DNA of 63,895 bases, filler included, from Chiloscyllium plagiosum (GCF_004010195.1; 4 parts of one record of this genome joined end to end with filler, not necessarily neighbours in it); one strand, 5' to 3'; positions 25,382 through 38,508 are shown, counted from the first letter of the whole stretch. The notes: a model not told the origin generated them from the sequence alone. A program made the numbers and translations.

Positions 25382-25843
25382 TCAACCAAATTCAGTCCAT
25401 TTGAATTAGATTTTGGCCATGAGGTGAGAAGACCATTAAAATCGATTGAGGAGAAATTGATAATTCAGAATTCAGAGATCACACATTTGGACGATGTGTC
25501 AAATTTTAGAAAATGATTAAATAGAGCTGAGAGTTGGCTGGACAGCATTTAAAGGTATCGCGGCATGCAATGAAATAGGAAGCAGACAAGAAATAAAAAT
25601 TTACAATTTTACTATTGGGGATAAGGTATTAGTGTTACTTCCAGCAATAGGTGAACCTTTAAAAGCAAGATTTAGTGGTCGTTATCAAATTGAAAGGAAA
25701 TTGAATGAGGTGAATTACTTTATAGGGACTTCAGACAGGAAGAAATATCACACAGTGTGTCATGTGAATATTTTCAAAAGATACTTTGACCAGGAAGGAA
25801 AGCAAGAGGAAAAGGTATTAATGATTACAACACAGAAGGAAGA

Positions 25844-26081
25844 GCTGAAAATATGTTGCTGGAAAAGCGCAGCAGGTCAGGCAGCATCCAAGGAACAGGA
25901 GAATCGACGTTTCGGGCATAAGCCCTTCTTCAGGAATGAGGAAAGTGTGTCCTCATTCCTGAAGAAGGGCTTATGCCCGAAAAGTCGATTCTCCTGTTCC
26001 TTAGATGCTGCCTGACCTGCTGCGCTTTTCCAGCAACACATTTTCAGCTCTGATCTCCAGCATCTGCAGCCCTCACTTTCT
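25844..26081. mobile_element. PLE-derived palindromic mini-element with two opposed hammerhead motifs
   Basis: About 100-bp inverted arms (25842-25942 and 25950-26050); 16-bp TSD caacacagaaggaaga at 25828-25843 and 26082-26097. Confidence 0.9.
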
Positions 26082-27391
26082 CAACACAGAAGGAAGAACC
26101 AAGTTCAGAGGATTTTGAATTGGACATTACTCAAATTGGGCAATGAGGAAGTTGACAAAAATTGGGATAAATTATTGAGATACCTTCCTGAGAAAAATTG
26201 AAATGACCTGGGAGTTATTACTATCACATGGGGAGGTAGACGGAAATAAACTGGGAAGTACTAACCTAATTGTGCATGATGTAGCTATGGGAGATGCTAT
26301 TCCGATTAAGCAACATCCTTATTGGCACAGCCCTCTAAAGTTGGCACAGATTCAGAAGAAGATTGAACGCATGCTCTAAGACAACATAATCGAAGTGAGT
26401 TATAGTGACTGGAGCTCATCTATAGTAAGGGTGCCAAAGCCAGAGGGTACCCAACAGTTATGTGTGGACTATTGCAAAGTCAATGCATTTACAAAGACTG
26501 ATGTATATCCAATCCCGCAGTTGGAAGACGGTGTTGAAAAGATGGGACAAGCAACTTACATTTCTAAGTTGGACTTGCTCAGAGGTTACTGGCAGGTACC
26601 TTTGTCAGAAACAGCAAAGGCAATTTTGGCTTCGTAATGCCAAGTAGACTGTATCAGTTCAAAGTTATGCCATTTGTTATGAAAAATGCTCCAGCCACAT
26701 TTCAGAGACTAACCAACAAAATCATTGCTGGATTACTCAACTGCATGGTGAACATCAATAAATTTTAGTCACTCATGAAAGGAACATTTCCAGCATTTAT
26801 CCTGGACTTGTTTGATTGACTTCAGAATGCAGGCTTGGTGAAAACTTAGTTAAAAGTGAATTTGCCAAAGCCCAAGTAATCTTCCTGGACCATGTTATTG
26901 GACACGGACAAATGGCCCCACAGATGCGAAAACAAAAATACTTGGGTATTTCCATACCATCGACAAAACCAGCAGTACTACTGTTCCTGTGATTGAATAG
27001 ATTTTATCAAACATTTGTGCCGAATTTAGCAGTGTAGCTGCTCCACTCACTAAATTGCTAAAGATAGGCAAGAAGTTTCAGTGGACAGCAGACTGTCAGA
27101 AGGCGTTTGACAGCTTAAAAACAGTGTTAACCACTGACCCAGTATTAGCCACACCTGATTATGCAAAGCATTTCAAGGTGGCTGTCAATACCAGTGATGT
27201 GGGTGTCAGTGCTGTGTTCCTGCAGGAAGTCGACAAGAAGATAGAAACACCGATGGAGTATTTCTCCAAAAAGTTGAATGTTCATTAGCAGAAATATTTG
27301 ACAGTTGAGAAAGAAACTTCGAGCTTGGTGTTGGCGCTAGAACAGTTCGGTGTTTATATTACCAGTAATGCCTCTGAGACAATCATATTCA

Positions 27392-27706
27392 GGTGCGCGC
27401 CGTAGCTCAGTGGTTAGCACTGCTGCCTCACAGCACCATGGACCCAGGTTCGATTCCAGCCTTGGACAACACTCTTTGTGGAGTTTGCACATTCTCCCAG
27501 TGTGCGTGGGTTTTGTCCGGGGTGCTCCAATTTTCTCTCACAATCCAAAGATGTGTAGGTCAGGGAAATGAGCCATGCTAAATTGCACATTGTGTTAGAT
27601 GCATTAGTCAGAGGGAAATGGGTCTGGGTGGGTTACTGTTCAAAGGGTCAGTGTGGACTTGTGGGGCTGAAGGGCCTGTTTCCACACTGTAGGGAATCTC
27701 ATCTAG
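27392..27706 (+). mobile_element. HE1-type SINE inside the Gypsy RNase H
   Basis: tagctcagtggttagcactgctgcctcacag...ggttcgattcc, V-domain, aatct tail. Confidence 0.85.
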
Positions 27707-29894
27707 TGTACACTGACAATAATCCTTTGAAGTTTGTGCAGAAATTTAAGGCCAAAAATGTCAGTGTTTAAAATGGAGTCTGTTGTTCCAGCATGTGGCA
27801 GGTTGAGAAAACATGATTTCCGATGCATTGTCGAGACTCAAATGAAAGATGAAGGAATTTGATGGTGAGAGTGCCACAGACTGAATCTGAATGTAGTTGG
27901 GCATGCTTATAGTCAGTGAATGTGTATATTTTCGAGCACTAACCAATTCTTTTTGTGGGGGGGGGGGAGGTTTGAAAAATGAAGTCATCTTTGGGTGTTG
28001 ATTGGCATTCGTGAAAGAGTTGGTGTTCTTTTTTCGGGGGGGGGGGGGGGGGGGGGGGTAATTGGCCAGGGCCCAACCAGGCTGGGTTTGAAAGGTTTGT
28101 TGGGGCCGTTTTTTGTTTGTACCTAACAGATAATGTCTCAGGCAGAAAACTTTCAAGTCTTTTTTGAAAATACTGGTATAATCAAGTGGGTATGGTCAGC
28201 TCTTTAGCTGCACAGGTCATTTCATAGAACATAAAACATTACAGCCCTCGATGTTGCGCCGATCTGTCATACCAATCTGAAGCGCATCTAACCTACACTA
28301 TTCCATGGTCGTCGATATGCTCGTCCAATGACGACTTAAATGTACATAAAGTTGGCAGATCTACTACTGTTGCACGCAAAGCATTCCATACCCTTACTGC
28401 TCCCTGAGTAAAGAAACTACCTCTGACATCTGTCCTATATCTACCACCCCTCAATTTAAAGCTCTGCCCCCTCGTGCTCGCCGTCACCATACTTGGAAAA
28501 AGGCTCTCCCTGTCCACCCTATCTAACCCTCTGATTATCTCATATGTCTCTATTAAGTCACCTCTCAACCCCCTTCTCTCCAATGAAAACAACCTCAAGT
28601 CCCTCAGCCTTTCCTCGGAAGACCTTCCCTCCATACCAGGCAATATCCTGGTAAATCTCCTCTGCACCCTTTCCAAAGCTTCCACATCCTTCTTATAATG
28701 CGGTGACCAGAACTGTACACAATACTCCAAGTGCGGCCGCACGAGAGTTTTGTATAGCTGTAGCATAACCTCATGGTTCCAGAACTCGATCCCTCTATGA
28801 ATAAAAGCTAAAACACTGTATGCCTTCTTAACAACCCTGTCAACCTGGGTGGCAACTTTCAAGGATCTGTGTACATGGACACCGAGATCTCTCTGCTCAT
28901 CTACGCTACCAAGAATCTTACCATTAGCCCAGTACTTTGCATTCCGGTTACTCCGACCAAAGTGAATCACCTCACACTTGTCCGCATTAAACTCCATTTG
29001 CCACCTCTCAGCCTAGCTATCTCTGTAACCTACAACATCCTTCGTCACTGTCCACAACTCCACCGACCTTAGTGTCGTCTGCAAATTTACTAACCCATCC
29101 TTCTACGCCCTCATCTAGGTCTTTTATAAAAATGACGAACAGCAGTGGACCCAACACCAACCCTTGCGATACACCATTAGTAAATGGACTCCAGGATGAA
29201 CATTTCCCATCAACCACCATCCTCTGTCTTCTTTCAGCAAGCCAATTACTGATCCAAACTACTATATCTTTTGCTGAAGCTCCTCGGATGCTGCCTGAAC
29301 TGCTGTGCTCTTCCAGCACCATTGATCCAGAATCTGGTTTCCAGCATCTGCAGTCATTGTTTTTACCTTATATCTCCCACAATCCCATTCTTCCGCATTT
29401 TGTACAATAGCCTACTGTGGGGAACCTTATTGAATGCCTTGCTGAAATCCATATACACCACATCAACCGGTTTACTCTCATCTACCTGTTTGGTCACCTT
29501 CTCAAAGAGCTCAATAAGGTTTGTGGGGCATGACCTATCCTTCACAAAACCGTGCTGACTATCCCTAATCAACTTATTCTTTTCTCAATGATTATAAATC
29601 CTATCTCTTATAGCCTTTTCCAACACTTTACCAACAACTGAAGTGAGGCTCACTAGTCTATAATTACCAGGATTGTCTCTACTCCCCTTCTTGAACAGGG
29701 GAACCACATTTGCTATCCTCCAGTCTTCTGGCACTATTCCTGTAGACAATGACGATTTAAAGATCAATAAGGCTCGGCAATCTCCTCCCTGGCTTCCCAG
29801 AGGATCCTAGGATAAATCCCATCCGGCCCAGGGGACTTATCTATTTTCACACTCTGCAGGATTTCTAATACCTCTTCCTTGTGAACCTCAATCT

Positions 29895-31045
29895 GGAGAG
29901 GTCGGGAAGAAGATTGCAGGTCAAGAAGGCGGTGCTGAGTCTGAGGGTTGGGACTGAGAAAAGGTGGGGGGAAGGGAAATGAGAAAGCTGGAGACATCTG
30001 CATTCATCCCTTGTGGTTGGAGGCTCTTCCTCCAGGCGTCATGTTGCCATGGTCTGGCGATGGAGGAGGCCAAGGACCTACATGTCCTTGGCGGAGTGGG
30101 AGGGGGAGTTAAAGTATTCAACCACAGGGCGGTTGGGTTGATTTGTCCAGATGTCCCAGAGGTGTTCTCTAAAACATTCCGCAAGTAGGCGGCCTGTCTC
30201 CCCAGTGTAGAGGAGGCCACATCGGATGCAGTAAATGATGTGTGTGGAGTGCAGGTGAATTTGTGACGGATATGGAAGGATCCCTTGGGGCCTTGGAGGG
30301 AAGTGAGGGGGGAGGTGTGGGCGCAAGTTTTGCATTTCTTGCGGTTGCAGCGGAAGGTGCCGGGAGTGGAGGTTGGGTTGGTGGAGTGTGTGGACCTGAC
30401 GAGGGAGATGCGGAGGGAGTGGTCTTTCCGGAACGCTGACAGGGGAGGGGAGGGAAATATATCCTTGGTGGTGGGGTCTGTTTAGAGGTGGCGGAAACGA
30501 CGAAAGATGATACGATGTATCTGGAGGTTGGTGGGATGGTATGTGAGGACCAGTGGGGTTCTGTCCTGGTGGCGATTGGAGGGGCGGGGCTCAAGGGCGG
30601 AGGAGCGGGAAGTGGAGGAGATGGGGTGGAGAGCATCGCCAACCACGTCTGAGGGGAAATTGTGGTCTTTGAAGAAGGAGGCCATCTGAGTTGTTCGGTA
30701 TTGGAATTGGTCCTCCTGGGAGCAGGTGCGGTGGAGGCGAAGGAATTGGGAATTTGGGATGGCGTTTTTACAAGGGGCAGGGTGGGAGGAGGTGTAGTCT
30801 AGGTAGCTGTGGGAGTTGGTCGGTTTATAGTAAATGTCCCTGTTGAGTTGGTCGCCCGAGATAGAAATGCAGAGGTCCAGGAAGGGGAGGGAGGAGTCTG
30901 AGACGGTCCAGGTAAATTTGAGGTCGGGGTGGAAGGTGTTCGTAAAGTGGATGAACTGTTCAACCTCCTCATAGGAGCACGAGGTAGCGCCGATACAGTT
31001 CTCGATGTAGCGGAGGAAAAGGTGGGGGGGTGGAGCCAGTGGAGT
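29895..31045 (-). mobile_element. Penelope-like element RT and GIY-YIG fragment
   Basis: YKPTNSHSYLDY, MASFFKD, PLVLTYHP, IIYCIRC..LYTGETGRLLAECFREH. Confidence 0.9.
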
Positions 31046-31831
31046 TGCTTGATTGGCCCTAATCTTACTCTCGTCATTCTTTTATTCCTTAAATACCTAT
31101 AGAAAGCCTTAGGGTTTACCCTGATCCTATCCGCCAACAACTTCTCATGTCTCCTCCTAGCTCTTCTGAGCTCTCTCTTTTGGTCTTTCCTGGCTACCTT
31201 GTAACCCTCAAGCGTCCTAACTGAGCCTTCACATCTCATCCTAACATAAGCCTTCTTCTTCCACTTGACCAGAGATTCCACTTCCTTCATAAACCACGGC
31301 TCCCACACTCTACAGCTTCCTGCCTGCCTGACAGGTACATACTTATCAGGAGCTTTTCCTTAAATAAGCTCCACATTTCTAGTGTGCCCATCCCTGCAGT
31401 TTCCTTCCCCATCCTATGCTTCCTAAATCTTGCCTAATCGCATCGTAATTGCCTTTCCCCCAGCTTTAACTCTTGCCCAGTGGTACACACCTATCCCTTT
31501 CCATCACTAAAGTAAACATAACAGAATTGTGATCGCTATCACCAAAGTGCTCACCTACTTCCAAGTCTAACACCTGGTCGGGCTCATTACCCAGTACCAA
31601 ATCTAATGTGGCTTCGCCCCTTGTTGGCCTGTCTATTGGAAAGTTGAAGTCCCCCATGACAACTACCCTGTCTCTCTCACTCCTATCCAAAATCATCTTT
31701 GCTATACTTTCCTCTACATCTCTGGAACTATTCGGAGGCCTATAAAACTCCCAACAGGGTGACCTCTCCTTTCCTGTTTCTAACCTCAGCCCATACTACC
31801 TCAGTTAACGAGCCCCCAAATATTCTTTCTT

Positions 31832-32147
31832 AGATTAGATTAGATTACTTACAGTGTGGAAACAGGCCCTTCGGCCCAACAAGTCCACATCGCCCCGCCG
31901 AAGCGTAACCCACCCATACCCCTACATTTACCCCTTACCTAACACTACAGGCAATTTAGCATGGCCAATTCACCTGACCTGCATATCTTTGGACTGTGGG
32001 AGGAAACCGGAGCATCCGGAGGAAACCCACGCAGACACGGGGAGAATGTGCAAACTCCACACTGTCAGTCGCCTGAGGCGGGAATTGAACCCGGGTCTCT
32101 GGCGCTGTGAGGCAGCAGTGCTAACCACTGTGCCACCGTGCCGCCCA
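31832..32147 (-). mobile_element. HE1-type SINE (young)
   Basis: Near-consensus and CpG-retaining copy. Confidence 0.92.
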
Positions 32148-32305
32148 GTTTCTGCAACTGTAATACTGTCCTTGACCAACAATGCCACACCTCCCCCTCT
32201 TTTACCATCTTCTCTGTTCTTACTGAAACATCTAAATCCTGGAACCTGCAACAACTATTCCTGTCCCTGCTCTATCCATGTCTCCGAAATGGCCACAACA
32301 TCGAA

Positions 32306-33398
32306 GTCGGGAAGACAGTGAGGTCCGCAGATGCTGGAAATCGGAGTTGAGAGTGTGTTGCTGGAAACGTACAGCAGGTCAGACAGCATCCAAGGAGCAG
32401 GAAAATCTACGTTTCAGGCCAGCGATCTTCATCAGGAATGAGGCTAGGAGCCCTGGGGGTGGAGAGATAAAAGGGACGGGGTTGGGGTTGGGAGAAGGTA
32501 GCTGAGAGTGCAGTAGGTGGATGGAGGTGGGGGTAAAAGTGATAGGTTGGAGGGTGGAGTGGATAGGTGGGAAGGAAGATTGACAGGTGGAACAGGTCAT
32601 CAAGGCACTGTAAGGTGGTGTATGGGAAATGAGAAAACTGGTGAAGTCCATATTGATGTCCTGGGATTGAAGGGTTCTGAGGTGGAAGATAAGGTGTTCT
32701 TCCTCCAGGTGTCAGATGGTGAGGGTGTGGCGATGGACAAGGCCCAGGACCTGGATGTCCTTGGCAGAGTGGGAGGGGGAGTTGAAATGTTCAGCCACGG
32801 GACAGTGGGGTTGGTTGATACGGGTGTCCCGGAGATGTTCTCGAAAGCATTCTGCAAGAAAGTGTCCAGTCTCCCCAATATAGAGAAGACCGCATCGGGA
32901 GCAATGGATACAATAAATGACATGTGTGGAAGTGCAGGTGAAACTTTGATGGAGGTGGAAGGCTCCTTTGGGGCCTTTGACAGAGGTAAGGGTGGACGTG
33001 TGGGCACAGGTTTTGCAATTCCTGCGGTGGCAAGGGAAGATGCCAGGAGGGAAGGGTGGCTTGTTAGGGGGCGTGAACCTGACCAGGTGGTTGCGGAGGG
33101 AAAGGTCTTTGCGGAAAGCGGAAAGGGGTGGGGAGGGAAATGTGGGGTCCATTTGTAGGTGACGGGAATGTCGGCACATGATGCGATTTATGTGGAGGTT
33201 GATGGGGTGGAAGGTGAGGACCAGGATGGTTATATTCTTGTTGCGGTTGTTGGGGGGGGGAGTTCAAGGGTGGAGGTGCAGGACGTGGATGAGATGCATT
33301 GGAGGGCATCTTCAGCCATGTGGGAGGGGAAATTTCGGTCTTTGAAGAATGAGGCCATCTGGTGTGTTCTATGGCGGAATTGGTCCTCCTGGGAGCAG
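32306..33398 (-). mobile_element. Penelope-like element 3' half with terminal repeat
   Basis: ORF 32712-33179 has CHRRNCKTC and VIYCIHCSRCGLLYIGETG (GIY-YIG); repeat with hammerhead near 32410-32434. Confidence 0.9.
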
Positions 33399-33802
33399 AG
33401 TTCAGTTTGGGAGTTAGTTGAGTCAGAGTCACAGTTGAAACTGGCAGCTTTCTCCCTCCTCCTTCCCTTCTGGCTTTGTGACCTGTAAGTTTTTTGTATC
33501 ATTTTCACTCTTTGTGCTAAGGGGTCTATTTATGGGGATTGTTGGAAGTATTGTTTGAACAGTATCATTACGTTGGGATAGTCTGTTGGGTTTTTGGATA
33601 AGTTATCCAAGATTCTACTTTCTGTGCTTTGTGTTTCATTCCATAATTTTATAAATAAAATCTGTTTGTTTAAAACTTGGCAGTCGGTCCAGTTAATTCA
33701 CTCTGGAAATATTCACTGTCCACTTACCTGAAAATAATAGCAAAGTTACGGTCTGGCTACCTGCTTAAAAATGTTTTGAGGGGTCTGGCCTGGTCCATAA
33801 CA

Positions 33803-35210
33803 TTGTGCATAGTTTAGAAGGTTGTCAAAGGATACAGAAGAATATAGATCAGTTGCAGATATGGGCAGAGAGATAGAAGATGGAGTTTAATCTGGGTAAG
33901 TGTAAAATGCTGCACTTTGAGAGATGAAATATTAAGGAAAAGTATACAGTTATACAGTTAATGGCAGGACCCTGAACAGCATTGACATAAAGAGGAATCA
34001 AGTCCACAGTTCCCTGAAAGTGGCCACATAAGTAGATTGGGTAATAAAGAAGGCTTATGGCATGCTTGGAGAAAGAGAGGACTGCAGATGCTGGAGATCA
34101 GAATCGAAAAATGTGGCGCTGGAAAAGCACAGTAGGTCAAGCAGCATCCCAGGAGCAGAAGAGTTGACGTTTTGGGAATAAGCCCTTCATTAGGAATGTG
34201 GGGGTTGCCTTTATTGGTCAGGGAACTGAGTACAAGAGTCAGAATATCAAGTTATAGCTTTCAAAGACTTTGGTCAGGCCACACTTTGAATATTGCATTC
34301 AATTCCAGTCGCCACATCACAGGAAGGATGTGGAGACTTTGGAGAGGGTGCAGAAGAAGTTTACCAGGATGCTGTCTGATGAGAGGGATGAGCTATATTG
34401 AGGGGCTAAAAAAACTTGTGTTCTTTTCTCTGGAGCAGCAGAGTCAGAGGGAGGACTTAAGAGAAGTCTATAAGATTATGAGATGCGTAGATAGGGTTGA
34501 CAGTCAAAATCTTTTTCCCAGAGTTGAAGTGTCTAATACTAAGGCCATGTATTTAAGGTGAGAGGGGGACAGTTCAAAGGAGATGTGAGGGGCAAATATT
34601 TTTTACACAGAGAGTGGTAGGAATCTGGAACACATTGCCAGGGGTTGTGGTGGAGGCAGACACAATATGGGCATTTAAGGGACTTTTAGGTAAGCATATG
34701 AATATACAGGGAATGGAGGGATATGGACAAAGCGCAGGCAGAAGGAATTAGTTTAATTTGGTGTCATATTTGGTACAACCCTAACTTCCCATAATGTCCT
34801 GGGATACATGATCAGGTCCCAAAATGCATTTACCTTTACGCTTTTTAAGACCTCCAGCACCTCCTCTTCTGTTATGTGAACCATTTTTAAGACATCAATA
34901 TTTATCTCTCCAAGTTCCCTGCGTCCACATCTTTCTCCATAGTAAATACTGATACAAAATATCTGTTCAGTAAATCTCCCATCTCCTGTGGTTCTGCATA
35001 TGGACGACAATATTAATCTTTAAGAGGCCCTATTCTCTCCTTAGTTACTCTTTTGCCCTTAATGTACTTGTAGAATCTCTTTGGATTCTCCTTAACCTCA
35101 TCTGCCAAGGCTATTATATATCCTGTTTTCGCCCTCTTGATTTTCCACTTAATAATGCCCTTACTTCCCTGATACTCAAGAGATCTACTTAATCCCACTT
35201 GTCTAAGTCT
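33803..35210. mobile_element. CR1 fragments (plus 33803-34790 with a PLE repeat at about 34069-34200; minus 34790-35210)
   Basis: LREVYKIMR...FPRVE on plus strand; ENPKRFYKYIKGKR on minus strand. Confidence 0.8.
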
Positions 35211-36180
35211 GACAACATATGGTCTGCAGCAGTTCAAGAAGGCAGCTCACAGCACCCTCTCCACAGCAATAAATGCTGGCCAGCCCATGATGCCCATGTC
35301 CCACAAATGAATTTTTTTAAAAAATCCCTCTTTCACCCCAGTCCCAAAATGTAACATGCTAAGACTTCTTCCCACAACAGAAGGTGCAATTGCCCCACTC
35401 CAACTCTCTTTCCCCTTACTTTCTCTGGATGGACCCGGTGGATTGACCATGGAACACCACCATGACTGACCTAACTGGACAGTGGGCTGCTTCTGGGAGT
35501 AATTCAGGAGGGAAAATGAACATTCTAAGTTAGAATGAGGCAACACGGCTGACAAGGGAGTCAGGGGCAGCACAAAAGCAAAAGAATAAATATACAATGT
35601 GTTGAAGATTAGTGAGAAGTTGACGATTAGGAAGCCTTTGAAAATCAGCAGAGAATCATAGTTTCTCCACAGTGCAGAAAGAGGACATGCGGAACACCAC
35701 GTCTGCACAGATTCTCCAAAGAGTGTACGACCCAGATTGAACCACCCACTCTATCCCCACACCCCTGCATTACCATGGCTAATTCACCTTGTCTGCACAC
35801 CCCTGGACACTAGCAGCAATTTAGCTTGGTCAAACCATTTAATCTGCATAACTTTGGACCACACTTTTCGACTCTGATCTCCAGCATCTGCAGCCCTCAC
35901 TTTCCCCTCCTTAATATATTAATAGGCCCGGCAAGGCAAGGATGCTGTCAGCATCCTGTTGTTGCTAACTAAATGACTACTAAGAGGCCGAGTGTGCACC
36001 CCTGAGAGTCACACTGGTTGAAGCATGAGTTCAGTGCCTATTCCGACACATAAAGTGCCTTTGCAGCAGCCTGTCTTTGTTATTTCAAGGTTTGTATGCC
36101 CTGAAATCATTTATTCATTCACAGACTGTGGGCATCAATGACTGGACCAGCACTTATTGCCGATCTGTAATTGCCAGAGG

Positions 36181-36317
36181 AGAAAGTGAGGTCGGCAGAT
36201 GCTGGAGATCAGAGATGGAAATGTGTTGCTGGAAAAGCGCAGCAGGTCAGGCAGCATCTAGGGAACAGGAGAATCGACGTTCCTGAAGAAGGGCTAATGC
36301 CCGAAACGTCGATTCTC
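36181..36317. mobile_element. PLE-derived inverted mini-element inside an older SINE
   Basis: 16-bp TSD ctgtaattgccagagg at 36165-36180 and 36318-36333; hammerhead at about 36283-36310. Confidence 0.85.
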
Positions 36318-36454
36318 CTGTAATTGCCAGAGGGCAGTTTAGAGTCAACCACATTGCTGTGGGTCTGGAGTCACATGTAGGCCAGTGAAGATGAGGGCAG
36401 CAGTTTCCTTCACTATTAGTGAAATGAGGTTTTCCTGACAATCCGCAATGTTTT

Positions 36455-36773
36455 ATAGAATCACAGAATCCCTAGTGCAGAAAAAGGCCATTCAGCCCAT
36501 CGAGTCCATACTTACCCTCCAAACAGTATCCCACCAACCCTATCCCCATTCACCATGGCTAACCCACCTCGTCTGCATATTCCTGGATGTTATGGGGCAG
36601 TTTAGTATGGTCAATCCACATCTTTGGATTGTGGGAGGAAACCAGAACACCCAGAAAAAGCCAACACACAAGGAGAATGTGCAAACTCCACATAGTCACC
36701 CAAAATTGGAATCAAACCTGGGTCCCTGACACTATGAGGCAGTAGTGGTCATCACTGAGCCACAATGCTGCCC
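36455..36773 (-). mobile_element. Diverged HE1-type SINE
   Basis: gtgggaggaaaccaga...gagaatgtgcaaactccaca V-domain. Confidence 0.75.
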
Positions 36774-37084
36774 TAATCGTTATCATTAGACTGCTAATTC
36801 CAAATTTTTTTTTTTTGCATTCAAATTTCACCATTTGTCCTTGTGGGATTTGAAGTTCAATTCCCCAGAATGCAGGTTTCCACTTCCGAAGCATTCTACA
36901 AGTGGATCGGAATGGTATCATTAGGATCTTAAAGGGTTGGCAATTGGATAATACCATCAGTGGACATGTAGTACATGCTGGTGGTATCCAGTACCTTGCC
37001 CTATCTGCATGGGTTCTTCCCTTATGTAGCAGTGGCCGTGTGGCTGTGTTGTCATAGGCCTTCTGGAAATCCAAATAGATCATA

Positions 37085-37311
37085 GTAGGGCCTCCCTCCC
37101 ATCCTCCTCCTCTAACCTAATTTTAAAGTCCACAGGTAAGCTACTCAGTGTTCTTGTTTTGGAGACGAGGTGTAGAGTAATGGCAGCGCAGGCAGTGGAA
37201 TGTTCCTCCTGCAGGATGTTTGAGGTAGGGGTGACCACCGATACTCCTGCCGACTTCATCTGCAGGAAATGCAGTCAGATCCTGCTCCTCACAGAACGAG
37301 TTAAGGAACTG
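37085..37311 (+). mobile_element. CR1 5' UTR and ORF1 start (zinc-finger motif), cut by the contig end
   Basis: MAAQAVECSSCRMFEV...FICRKCSQILLLTERVKEL: CxxC...CxxC then a coiled-coil start. Confidence 0.75.
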
Positions 37312-37411
37312 NNNNNNNNNNNNNNNNNNNNNNNNNNNNNNNNNNNNNNNNNNNNTTAATTAATTAANNNNNNNNNNNNNNNNNNNNNNNNNNNNNNNNN
37401 NNNNNNNNNNN
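37312..37411. other. Artificial contig linker
   Basis: 44 N + TTAATTAATTAA + 44 N. Confidence 0.97.
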
Positions 37412-38508
37412 TTATGCCCGAAACGTCGATTCTCCTGTTCCCTGGATGCTGCCTGACCTGCTGCGCTTCTCCAGCAACACATTTCCAGCTCTGATCTCCA
37501 GCATCTGCAGTCCTCACTTTCTCTTCATAGAATCTTAATAACAAGCTACAGAGAACAGAGTGAACAGTTAAACACTTCAGCTATTATAGTATAGCGTAGA
37601 ACTTACAAAATAAGGTTAAAAGGTACACATTGCAGACATTCTTAGTTTTAAGTAACAAATCAAGAAATGAAGCTAAACGTACAAACATTACCATCTTTCT
37701 TCAGTACTTAGAGGTCTTTGTAGAGATCAGGCACTAACCCAATACCCAGTCCCTGCCGAGGCTGTGCACTCTCCCAAATCCCCTCTACATTTCTTGGGGT
37801 CTCCTTTACTACTTTCAGTAATCCCATTGGCCTAGCCTCTCTTACCACATATTTTCCCACAATGCCTTTCTTTAACCCCAGCACTGTGACTTTACATGTC
37901 CCATCTTCTGGCACCTTTTCCCGGTGCTCTTCTTAAACCATCGGAACAGTGAGTTTCTGTGTCCCACTCCATTACAGTGAAAACACCTGAGGCCTTTCAT
38001 CTCTTTTCCATTCCCTTGGGTTTCTGTTTTCACCTGTGGTAAACTGTTCCCAATGTGCTCTACTCTTTGTTTTGTACTGTAGGATCTCCCCTACTCCCAA
38101 TTTCTGTCTCTCACAGGATGAAAATCCTGTCGGAAGCTAAACTTCACCTTACGCACCAATGTATATTCATCTGCCATCTCTGCTGCTCTTCTCATTTCTT
38201 TAACTTTCTGTTCATCCACATGAATTCTTATCATCTCTGGAAGTGAGTTTTTAAACATCTCCAGCAGAATAATCTCTCTTACAGCCTCATATGTCTTATC
38301 TATTTTTAAGGCCCGCACTCATCTATCAAAATTACTACATTCGAGGGGATCCAAGATGGCGACGATCTAAGATCGCACTGCAGAGTTCCGCATCACAGCA
38401 CTAGGGGGACGAACCTTTAACCCGCCCACCCCAGGCCATCGCGGAAATATCGTGGAGTCCCAAGAAACTTCTAAAAATTAACCTACCTGTGTTTCTAGCC
38501 ATCCAGAG

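Larger units (their letters stand above)
28222..32305 (-). mobile_element. Long CR1 LINE (EN-RT) inserted in the Gypsy 3' LTR and itself interrupted
   Basis: ORFs 28293-28997, 29017-29322, 29363-29572, 29585-29767, 30799-31308 (part) and 31466-31696 (VVVMGDFNFP, DSDH). Confidence 0.9.
22271..33802 (+). mobile_element. Gmr1-like Gypsy LTR retrotransposon (gag/SCAN-PR-IN-RT-RH), decayed, with nested insertions
   Basis: LTR end duplicated at 22271-22363 and 33711-33802; PBS-Pro-like tagggg ttctttgcgggattt at about 22367; gag from 22464; zinc knuckle HCNKVGHMKSKC; protease LRDTGS near 23775; integrase 24600-25800; RT 26290-26900; RNase H 27055-27830; G-rich PPT 28036-28058. Confidence 0.9.

Noticed and set aside
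24801..25516. Long ORFs composed mostly of X (also 45467-46281)
   Set aside because: They are read-through of N gaps.
27940..28110. Long G runs as functional G-quadruplexes
   Set aside because: They coincide with the Gypsy PPT and look like low-quality homopolymer sequence.
32517..33488. Gly/Pro-rich ORFs of 100-210 aa
   Set aside because: They are antisense or alternate frames of Penelope sequence.
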